Shown in pieces: positions 9,220-16,567 of a stretch of DNA of 24,912 nucleotides. Below the pieces are notes generated by a model. It was not told where the DNA came from. It made no database searches and was given only the letters and a program-made list of their open reading frames with translations. The stretch covers positions 1-24,912 of the forward strand of contig JBDRBF010000006.1 of assembly GCA_043822925.1 (NCBI GenBank), written 5' to 3'. Made by a program: the position numbers and the translations under genes. The number at the start of each line of letters is the position of its first letter. Position 1 is the first letter of the stretch. This DNA is from a bacterium (GTDB lineage Bacteria; Babelota; Babeliae; Babelales; RVW-14).

Positions 9220-9340
9220 ATGTATAAAAAACAAACTAAGATTAGTATACATATGTATAAAAAACAAAGTAAATACTTGCTAAATATGCTGATAAAACAA
9301 AGTAAAATAACGACAGCCATGCCGAAAAAGCAAAGACAAA
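9220..9340. repeat. Four degenerating direct repeats with an exact 33-bp period
   Basis: ATGTATAAAAAACAAA at 9220 and 9253; ATGCTGATAAAACAAAG at 9286; ATGCCGAAAAAGCAAAG at 9319. Confidence 0.75.
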
Positions 9341-9430
9341 AAAAAACGTTGTTTTTTATCAAAAAACGCACTTTTTCCTCCAGTGCCCGATTCTCACCCC
9401 AACGCCCTAGGCCGTCCACCAACTTCACCC

Positions 9431-9478
9431 ATAAAAAGAAAAGAGGCGACGTTACTTTATCCAAGCAACGTCGCCTCT
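9431..9478 (-). terminator. Rho-independent terminator of the 9542-9817 gene
   Basis: 12-bp stem AGAGGCGACGTT/AACGTCGCCTCT followed on the minus strand by TTTCTTTTT. Confidence 0.85.
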
Positions 9479-9541
9479 CAATTTTTCTAGCTAATCAAAT
9501 TAAACGATAACTCAATCGATTAAAGCATCATTTAATAAACG

Positions 9542-9817
9542 TTAATTTGAGCCCGACACCATAACTGTTTCTTGGTCAGGGCGCCCGTTCTGAGCTTTGC
9601 GCTCTTCACGTTCTTTCTTCTTCTTCATAATTCGCGCTTGCATCTCTTCCTGCGTTTCCACATCATCCTCTACTTCTGTTACTGGTATTTCTGAACCTGG
9701 CAAACCCTGCGCACATTGTGGAAACATACCATATAAATCTGTAGTAACGTTAAATGATGCTGAAGCAAAAACAATTGCTAGGACAATTTTATGAACATTA
9801 TTCTTTAATGTTTTCAT
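9542..9817 (-). CDS. Small hypothetical protein with signal-peptide-like N-terminus and charged C-terminus
   Basis: RBS GAGGA upstream; KIVLAIVFASASF; has its own terminator. Confidence 0.7.
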   Translation of the reverse strand: MKTLKNNVHKIVLAIVFASASFNVTTDLYGMFPQCAQGLPGSEIPVTEVEDDVETQEEMQARIMKKKKEREERKAQNGRPDQETVMVSGSN

Positions 9818-9914
9818 AATAAATCCTCATCTTTTAACTAACAAAAATTAGACAGGCAAACACGATGGTTCATATTGTTATGTTTTTTGATAAAAAAGGC
9901 AAGAGCAAACATGA

Positions 9915-10703
9915 TTACAGCTTATCAAACAACTTTTCTCGTAAATATTCGTAAGCAACGCGAGAATCAAAAGAATTTTTTTGTTTAGGCAAAAGAGGGA
10001 GAATATCACCTTGAAAGTCTTTATTTTCGAGCTTTTTTTCTATGTTTTTTAAAAAATCTTCCCGAGAAACATGCTGACCAGAACGAGCCATATATTCTAA
10101 GAAGCAACGCACTATCAAACTTGTATCAATGTTTGGAACCATAGTTATTGCCATGTATAAATCGAATAGGTCTCGCCCCTTGCGCCGCTGATAAAGAGCT
10201 CGCATCTTTGTTCCAAGTAATTCTTCAATCGCATACGTCGTTATCATAACGCTTCCAAGTGCCCACGATGAACTACTTGAAAATTGATGTTCTTGAAACC
10301 CAACAACTGAAAAATATTCTCTCGTATTAATCTCTATTTTAAGTTTAAGTGGAAAGCCATCATCACTTATTGTGCGATAAGAAAGCGTGCATAAGCCGCC
10401 TGAAGCGCTTCGCTTTGGTTTACCAAGCCATGGATCAATTATTTCATGAATCAAATCGATAGTCGCTCCAATGGGTTGCGACGTTATTTGAACAAGATCA
10501 ATATCTTCTGAATATCTAAAAGATTCAGTAAAAAATAATTTATTAAGCGCTGTGCCACCACGGAAAGCAAGGGTTTCTTTTATTATGGAATTACCATAAA
10601 GCTTCAAAAGCGCATTGGTTATAATAAGATCCTGTTCCACTTGTCTTGGTTCTGCCCACGGAACATGACCAGTCCACTCTAAAATAAAATTTCTTGGAAT
10701 CAT
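9915..10703 (-). CDS. abiEii: AbiEii-family nucleotidyltransferase toxin (type IV TA)
   Basis: QVEQDL, AFRGGTAL...RYSEDIDL, KIEIN, KMRALYQRRKGRDLFDL; ATGA overlap with the upstream gene. Confidence 0.9.
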   Translation of the reverse strand: MIPRNFILEWTGHVPWAEPRQVEQDLIITNALLKLYGNSIIKETLAFRGGTALNKLFFTESFRYSEDIDLVQITSQPIGATIDLIHEIIDPWLGKPKRSASGGLCTLSYRTISDDGFPLKLKIEINTREYFSVVGFQEHQFSSSSSWALGSVMITTYAIEELLGTKMRALYQRRKGRDLFDLYMAITMVPNIDTSLIVRCFLEYMARSGQHVSREDFLKNIEKKLENKDFQGDILPLLPKQKNSFDSRVAYEYLREKLFDKL

Positions 10704-11485
10704 TGTAGGTCCAACGTATCATTGATAACTATTTTCCATCTACTTACTTTTTCGCCATCTTTATTACCACAATCGGGTCGCAATAAAATATACTCCATTT
10801 TTCTTGCTGACAGCTCTTTTTCTATTATATTTGCCAGTCCAGATTGCTCAACAAATTCTAAAATATATCCCAATCGTTGCAAAACAGATTTGTTTTTTTC
10901 ATGTTCAATAACATCTGCAAGCCGTGATGGTTCACATTCTTGCGATAGACTTTTGATTACCAATGCTACGTTACTCATATACCCAGATACTTTATAAAAT
11001 CTTACCAAATCAACTATTGTTTGTTCTTTAGTCGAAATATTCACATAACCGGTCGGCACTGTAAGTTGTGCTTTTATTGAAGCCGAACAATCTTTAAAAT
11101 AGAAAAATTCTATCTCACTTCTTCCCAGCTCTATTTTTTTTGTCATTTTATTGGTAATTACCTGAAAAGTCATAGGTTGTTGTTCTGTTGAGCCATAGAG
11201 TGAGGCCGCACTTAAAAGCCCAATATAATAGGCCTGATTTAAATGCTTCATAAATGCATCGACAATCCAATGAGGGGGGAGCGTACCGAGTTGTTGGTAT
11301 TCGGCCGGAATTATCATAAAAAAATTGTTATCTAACTTCTTTATGAACCCTTTTTTTGAAAGTCTGTACGCTTGATAACGAAATTGAGATTGATCGATGG
11401 CCAATTCAAGCATTGTACCATGCTTTGAAAAAAAATATTTGCCCTGTGATAGAAGGTAAAGAATATGTTCTTTTAAGGTTTTCAT
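10700..11485 (-). CDS. abiEi: AbiEi-family antitoxin / transcriptional regulator
   Basis: YYIGLLSAASLYG..QQP..FQV, STKEQTIVDL, QRLGYILE; translationally coupled to abiEii. Confidence 0.88.
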   Translation of the reverse strand: MKTLKEHILYLLSQGKYFFSKHGTMLELAIDQSQFRYQAYRLSKKGFIKKLDNNFFMIIPAEYQQLGTLPPHWIVDAFMKHLNQAYYIGLLSAASLYGSTEQQPMTFQVITNKMTKKIELGRSEIEFFYFKDCSASIKAQLTVPTGYVNISTKEQTIVDLVRFYKVSGYMSNVALVIKSLSQECEPSRLADVIEHEKNKSVLQRLGYILEFVEQSGLANIIEKELSARKMEYILLRPDCGNKDGEKVSRWKIVINDTLDLQ

Positions 11486-11539
11486 ATACTAATTGTTGCA
11501 TTTTTCGCATCATTTTACAAGTTTTATCCTGCTTTTATT

Positions 11540-11677
11540 CCCCTTCGATGCTTCAACCCGTCTACGCCCAGAGGCTACGACGAGACAGGCAAGCCCCCTG
11601 GCTTCCAGCCGTCGCTCCTGCGGAGCTATGGCGGACAGGTCGCACAAGGCTACGACGGGACTGAATCAGGGAGAGCG
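11540..11677. repeat. Nested palindromic composite: family C shell containing two to three family B units
   Basis: CCCCTTCGA...TCAGGGAGAGCG enclosing CCCGTCTACGCCCAGAGGCTACGACGAGACAGG, TCCAGCCGTCGCTCCTGCGGAGCTATGGCGGACAGG (11604-11639) and TCGCACAAGGCTACGACGGG. Confidence 0.85.
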
Positions 11678-11697
11678 CAGCTCAGAACAAAAGCAGC

Positions 11698-12645
11698 TCA
11701 CATTTTCGTGTGCAACGGATACCCATCAAACCCAATAAATTGGCATTCAGCCTGCGGGATCATACCAAATTCTTTATAGACAAGCTCCTGCATTTTGCGC
11801 GCAAGATCGATAACGTCCTGGGCTGTCGCCCCCGGGCTGGTAACAATCATATTGGCATGCTTATGCGAAACACATGCTTTGCCGACACAGAGAGAACCCT
11901 TAACGCCAATTTTATCAAGATAGTACGCAGTAAACGGCAATTTTTTGCCATTCACCAGATGAGTAATTTCATGATCATGAAAATTTCTGAAAAAGCTCCC
12001 GCAAGTACGCTCAGTAGGATACCGGCTATTGCGATGCCGAATAATCTGGTCGCGGGCTCCTTTGGCATACGCGCCCCCAAGATCGTCTGTTTTTTTAAGT
12101 TTAAACGTTGCCTGGGTCACGTAATACTGGCCATCACACAATTTGGACGTATCGTAACCAAAATCAAACCAGGCTTTGTCTACTGATATAGAGATACCAG
12201 TATCTTTATCGATAACACGGGCGCCGACAATAAAATCCCCAAAAAAACCACTAAAATAGTGTATATTAATAAAAACAGAGCCGCCGACGCTGCCCGGAAT
12301 ACCACTAAATTCTTCCAGGCCAACTAAATTTCTATCTAAACAAGTATCAATCAGGTCTTGAACCAGTACCCCAGCGCCACACATAACACTATCTTGACCA
12401 TCAAACGTAATGTCTTTTATGGCCGGACGTATAACCAGGCCATCAAAACCAGCATCACTCACAAGACTATTGGCCCCGTCGCCGATCAAAACTGTTTTAA
12501 GCCCATGTGCATGGGCATAACGCAATATTTCACCAAATTCTTGTTCTGTTTTAGGTTCTACAAAATAACGAGCAGCCCCGCCAACACGAAACCAATTTTT
12601 ATCGGATAGTGGCACATTTTGATCAACTTTACTCAACATGAACAT
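11698..12645 (-). CDS. murB: UDP-N-acetylmuramate dehydrogenase
   Basis: FRVGGAA, IGDGANSLVSD, GLEEFSGIPGSVGG, TCGSFFRN, VSHKHANMIV; the start could be 12639. Confidence 0.95.
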   Translation of the reverse strand: MFMLSKVDQNVPLSDKNWFRVGGAARYFVEPKTEQEFGEILRYAHAHGLKTVLIGDGANSLVSDAGFDGLVIRPAIKDITFDGQDSVMCGAGVLVQDLIDTCLDRNLVGLEEFSGIPGSVGGSVFINIHYFSGFFGDFIVGARVIDKDTGISISVDKAWFDFGYDTSKLCDGQYYVTQATFKLKKTDDLGGAYAKGARDQIIRHRNSRYPTERTCGSFFRNFHDHEITHLVNGKKLPFTAYYLDKIGVKGSLCVGKACVSHKHANMIVTSPGATAQDVIDLARKMQELVYKEFGMIPQAECQFIGFDGYPLHTKM

Positions 12646-12671
12646 ACAAGCGCACCTAAAATTATTGTTTT

Positions 12672-12739
12672 TAAGGGACTGGATCCTGAATTCCAGCCGT
12701 CGCCAAGGCTATGGCGGACAGGCGAGTCCAGGATGACAA
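12672..12739. repeat. Family A element with a 31-nt family B unit inserted in its loop
   Basis: TGGATCCTGAAT[TCCAGCCGTCGCCAAGGCTATGGCGGACAGG]CGAGTCCAGGATGACAA; removing 12692-12722 leaves a 29-mer collinear with TGGATCCCAGATCAAGTCTGGGATGACAA. Confidence 0.9.
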
Positions 12740-12932
12740 TTTATACAAAGACCAGAGTAACAAATACGGCGACCACAACATAATAGATTTTTTCTTCAAA
12801 ACGTACAAATTTCTGTGTTTATATTTTCTATTTATAATAAATCATTGAAAAAGGGCTTAGCGAATTGATAATATGAAAATGTACAGGGGGATAAATCTCA
12901 AGAAATACAAAAAACCGTGGTAGGAGAACATC

Positions 12933-13442
12933 ATGAAAAAATTACGCTATTTATTGCTGTCTGCAGGATTTATTTTAAGCACAAATACTCAAGCACAGGC
13001 CAATACGCTTAAAAACATTTTTGTACATAACGATCCAGCACAAATCACGCTAAATTTTTCACAACCAATAAATTTTGAAAAAAAGTTTGTTCAAGAAAAA
13101 ACCCAGCTCAAAATTTATTTACATGATACAAAAATACAAAAAACGTTTCATCCAAAAGTACTAGCTGAACTTGCTAAATTAAGTTTTATTAAACAAGTCG
13201 ATATTAAACAAAAAGCTAAAAACCATCTCTGTTCTGTCTTATGCGTCACACTCGCCAAAGACGAGACCAGCAGCATTGTTACAGGCTTTCACATAGAATG
13301 TATAAAAAAAGAAAACGCACGCACCCTTGTCATTAATATCTCAAAGCAACAGCCACCTCATCTTATCGAATCAGCCATAACATCTCTTGCCTCAAATAAT
13401 TCTTACCAAGATGAGGCTAAAAAAAAAATACTCGAATTATAA
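12933..13442 (+). CDS. Secreted AMIN-like N-terminal part of an amidase-like gene; ends just after an A10 run
   Basis: AGGAG RBS; signal peptide ending ...QAQA; ITLNFSQPI..LKIYL..T pattern reminiscent of AMIN domains. Confidence 0.7.
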   Translation: MKKLRYLLLSAGFILSTNTQAQANTLKNIFVHNDPAQITLNFSQPINFEKKFVQEKTQLKIYLHDTKIQKTFHPKVLAELAKLSFIKQVDIKQKAKNHLCSVLCVTLAKDETSSIVTGFHIECIKKENARTLVINISKQQPPHLIESAITSLASNNSYQDEAKKKILEL

Positions 13443-14014
13443 TAGATTGCTGTCCACAAAAAAATACCAACAAACTTACCGCTCTTTTTACTGAAAAAAT
13501 TGGGCGCAATATCACTAAAAATATTTACAAATTATTAAAGCGCAATAACTATAACGCTCTTCTTGCTCAAGAAGAAAACTCACAAATCCCGTATGCCCAA
13601 AAAATAGAACTCGCCGAACAATTACAGGCCAGCATGATTATTTCGTTTTCTATTAATGCGCCAGCCCTAAAGTCTATGATAACAAACGCTCACCCACAAA
13701 TAAGCACAATAAGCATGTTTTGCCCAGGATCAGCTACCCCACAAGTCACAAATCTATCCCAAACGCTAGCAAACGAACTTAACAAAACGTTTATAAACAA
13801 CCTGCAAAAAACACAAAATATCGCTCAATATCTAGGCAAAAAACAACGAGAAACCGTTAATTCTCCAACATCACAAACAAATATAGCATTTGTAACTCTC
13901 GATATAGCAATTCACAAAAACAATATTACACAGGCTGAAAACGAATTTTTTCAGGGACAATTTGCACAAAACGTTTACGCCGGCATAGTCCAATATCTTG
14001 CGAACCAACAATAA
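13421..14014 (+). CDS. Degenerate Amidase_3-like domain in the -1 frame; probably joined to 12933 by frameshift or slippage
   Basis: Frame is open from 13421: KKNTRIIIDCC...EKIGRNITKNIYKLLKRNNYNALL...KIELAEQLQASMIISFSINA...FAQNVYAGIVQYL, collinear with the N-acetylmuramoyl-L-alanine amidase pattern. Confidence 0.65.
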   Translation, partial: KKNTRIIIDCCPQKNTNKLTALFTEKIGRNITKNIYKLLKRNNYNALLAQEENSQIPYAQKIELAEQLQASMIISFSINAPALKSMITNAHPQISTISMFCPGSATPQVTNLSQTLANELNKTFINNLQKTQNIAQYLGKKQRETVNSPTSQTNIAFVTLDIAIHKNNITQAENEFFQGQFAQNVYAGIVQYLANQQ

Positions 14015-14072
14015 AAACCTGCTTACCCTCTTTCTTATTTAACCGAAAAGCTCTATACTTGTACTACATTAT

Positions 14073-14151
14073 TGACAAGAAAGCTCTTTTTGAATCATGA
14101 TACAGGTGAAGATGTTGTGAAGAAAAACAAAAAGAGTCGTTTTCTTTGTCA
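14073..14151 (+). other. ~80-nt rod-like RNA hairpin in an intergenic region
   Basis: TGACAA/TTGTCA, CTCTTTTTG/CAAAAAGAG, and TCATGATA/TGTTGTGA (three G-U pairs). Confidence 0.5.
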
Positions 14152-14184
14152 TTCTAAGCCCTATAAAAGAGAAAGAAAAAGATT

Positions 14185-14652
14185 ATGAATTCAAGTTTAT
14201 CACTATCACTCGAGCTTATCTGTCTACTCTCTTGGCTTTTAAAAAACGAAAAGCATATGCTTAACGATGTCGTCAAAGAAGCTATTAAAAATGGCCTCAT
14301 ACATGATATCAATAAGCTAGAACTCGAAGATTTATCAAAAGTAACTGAAGACCTTGATTCTACAATTCTTGATTTTCTTATTTATCTTGAAGATTCTTTA
14401 GCAGATAATCTCAAAACGGTTCCATATCATGCAAAATCTGAAACTGATATAACGCCTACACTTAAAAAAATTGAATCCATTGGTTTTAATCCAAACACGC
14501 TCAGAACAAGTATTAAACAAGTAAAAGCTCAGATAATAAAAGAAAAACAGCATAATCCAAAAGTTTCAACTGACACTGAGTATGCAAAACAGGTTTTATT
14601 TAAACAGATTATAAAAAACTGGAAACCTTCCAATAAAGACACCATGAACTAA
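14185..14652 (+). CDS. Hypothetical helical protein
   Basis: 155-aa ORF in gene-sized space, followed by a terminator. Confidence 0.8.
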   Translation: MNSSLSLSLELICLLSWLLKNEKHMLNDVVKEAIKNGLIHDINKLELEDLSKVTEDLDSTILDFLIYLEDSLADNLKTVPYHAKSETDITPTLKKIESIGFNPNTLRTSIKQVKAQIIKEKQHNPKVSTDTEYAKQVLFKQIIKNWKPSNKDTMN

Positions 14653-14696
14653 CACCCAAACAAACCTAGTATCCAGAATTTTTTAATTAATAAATT

Positions 14697-14741
14697 AAGG
14701 GCTTAGCGCACTTCAAATATCAGCTAAGCCCTTTCTTCTTT
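14697..14741 (+). terminator. Rho-independent terminator
   Basis: 11-bp stem AAGGGCTTAGC/GCTAAGCCCTT followed by TCTTCTTT. Confidence 0.7.
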
Positions 14742-14913
14742 CCAACCCCGTTCCCCCAGATACCTAAAAAAACAGTTAAAAACGTACTTTTTCCTATCTT
14801 TTAGCCCTTTTGCAAACAATAAACAAATAACGTATAATAGATTAAGCACATAGAGCTGCAAAATCAGCACTTTTATACAGTCATCAGTACAGTTATAAAT
14901 GGGGGATCTAATT

Positions 14914-15762
14914 ATGAAAAAGTTATCTATCAAGTTACTCATAATATTAACGCTTAGTTTATCTATTACGTTAAACATAATACATGCCGAACTTATAGAA
15001 ACATTCACGTTTACCAATACCTATGGCAGCAAGATTCTCGTCATTGGAGAAACTCACGATGCTCGCTCAATATCCCAATTCAAAGAATTATTAAACAAAA
15101 AAATTATTTTAGGTTCAGAAAAAGATTTTACTTATTTACTCGAACTTCCATCAGATCTTCCAGATACCGTACTTACCAAAAGCAAAGGCCTCCTGGATTA
15201 TCTCCGCCTCAATAATATACTAAACTCAAAAAAAATAGATTGCGATAGACAGCACACATCACTTCAACTTTCGTTCCCATTTGCCGAAATTTTCGAACAA
15301 CCGCTCTCAATCGAGCTCATGAAAAAAATAGAAGAATTTTTTACAAAGCTTGGAACTTATACTGAAAAAGACTTCCCGGCAGGCATTCTAAGCGATTACG
15401 TCTCTACATGCAAAGACCTGACAAAATATCAAACAACTTTAAATCAAGCCATAAAGACACATGACCGTGATAAAAGTTTAAGTATCATCAATGACTTTAG
15501 AACAAAATACAAAGATACTCAGCGGACTGTTTGCTTGAGACTGGCCGTTACGCCCAATGGCATGCAAAACCGCAACCAAACACTGGCAAGTAATATCGCC
15601 GAATATAATCAAAAAAATAACGCAATATGTATTGTCGGCAACCTACACCTAAAAGCTTTACACGATATCTTGAAATATCAATACAACATCAAAACGATAT
15701 CAGAAATAAAAGACTATGAAGATATAGTAAAAAGAGACAAGCAAATTTTCCCGTCAGCCTAA
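14914..15762 (+). CDS. Secreted protein with EreA/ChaN/Tiki-superfamily-like motifs
   Basis: Signal peptide MKKLSIKLLIILTL...IHA after a GGGGG RBS; motifs IGETH, LLE, RNQTLA and IVGNLHL in the expected order. Confidence 0.65.
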   Translation: MKKLSIKLLIILTLSLSITLNIIHAELIETFTFTNTYGSKILVIGETHDARSISQFKELLNKKIILGSEKDFTYLLELPSDLPDTVLTKSKGLLDYLRLNNILNSKKIDCDRQHTSLQLSFPFAEIFEQPLSIELMKKIEEFFTKLGTYTEKDFPAGILSDYVSTCKDLTKYQTTLNQAIKTHDRDKSLSIINDFRTKYKDTQRTVCLRLAVTPNGMQNRNQTLASNIAEYNQKNNAICIVGNLHLKALHDILKYQYNIKTISEIKDYEDIVKRDKQIFPSA

Positions 15763-15765
15763 AAT

Positions 15766-16398
15766 CTAAAACCTAAAACCAAGATCTTTAAGCGCTTGGC
15801 GCAATTCGAACACCGGCAGGCCCATAATTGAAGAGTAAGACCCCTGAATCGACTTACAAAAGTTTTGCCCAAAACCTTCAATAATTGCCGCACCGGCAGC
15901 AGACATAACAAGCGGGACCTGTTTAATAAAAAGATCTACATCGTCTTGGCCAACGACAAATTCAGCACTTGCCACTGTCGTCCAGGCTCTGGTTTCATCG
16001 CGTACCCACGCTCCACTTTCCCACTTTTTTCTTTCGACACAGCAACCGGTTGCTACTTCGACAGCTTCATTGCGATAGGTTTGAAGCATATAAAGCGCAT
16101 GTTCTTTATCTCGAGGTTTACCAAAAACCTGATGTGAATTTTTTGTCCTAACCATCGTGTCTGCAGTTAATACAAAAATAGTATCACCTGTTTTATGTGT
16201 ATCGTGTTCAGGCAAAATAAGACTGTCCATTTTATGTTGTGCTATTGCAAGCACATAATTAGAAAAGTCTTGTTCTGTATGCGTTGTAATTTGTTCGTCA
16301 CTGGTGTGATCAAGAATTTTAAAAGTATAACCAGTTTCTTCGAGTAATTTTTTTCGCGATTGAGATTGTGAACCGAGATATAATGTATCGATACTCAC
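15766..16398 (-). CDS. maf: Maf-family nucleoside triphosphate pyrophosphatase
   Basis: LYLGSQSQSRKKLL, TADTMV, GKP, GSYSSIMGLP; GTG start with GGAG RBS. Confidence 0.9.
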   Translation of the reverse strand: MSIDTLYLGSQSQSRKKLLEETGYTFKILDHTSDEQITTHTEQDFSNYVLAIAQHKMDSLILPEHDTHKTGDTIFVLTADTMVRTKNSHQVFGKPRDKEHALYMLQTYRNEAVEVATGCCVERKKWESGAWVRDETRAWTTVASAEFVVGQDDVDLFIKQVPLVMSAAGAAIIEGFGQNFCKSIQGSYSSIMGLPVFELRQALKDLGFRF

Positions 16399-16452
16399 GA
16401 GTGCTCCAATATTTTCATAAATTTAATGTTCGATTATTTCACACGCTTCACA

Positions 16453-16507
16453 CCTGGAGTTAAAAGCCACCAGGCTAAAGTTGCAGGAACGCGTGCCGCC
16501 GGCACGC
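16453..16507. repeat. Double-hairpin GC-rich element between dprA and maf (single copy in the window)
   Basis: CCTGG...CCAGG hairpin (16453-16474) and GCGTGCC-GCC-GGCACGC hairpin (16491-16507). Confidence 0.5.
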
Positions 16508-16567
16508 ACAAATTCTACAAGACAATAAATTTCAAAACTTTGCAGAAAATTACGCTAATACTTAGCG

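Noticed and set aside
9181-9267. N-terminal extension of the AAA-DUF4143 ORF
   Set aside because: It runs through the repeat array; the RBS and typical MKR start are at 9180.
9220-9510. Mini-CRISPR array or 96-aa repeat protein
   Set aside because: The 33-bp period is too short for repeat plus spacer and there are no cas genes. The ORF has no RBS and crosses a terminator.
11356-11738. Short + strand ORFs across the abiEi-murB gap (likewise 17142-17620 and 17996-18493)
   Set aside because: They are antisense shadows or read through GC-rich palindromes depleted of stop codons.
12851-12862. AAGGGCTTAGCG identical to the left arm of the 14697 terminator
   Set aside because: It is a single 12-mer without a partner arm and there is no further similarity.
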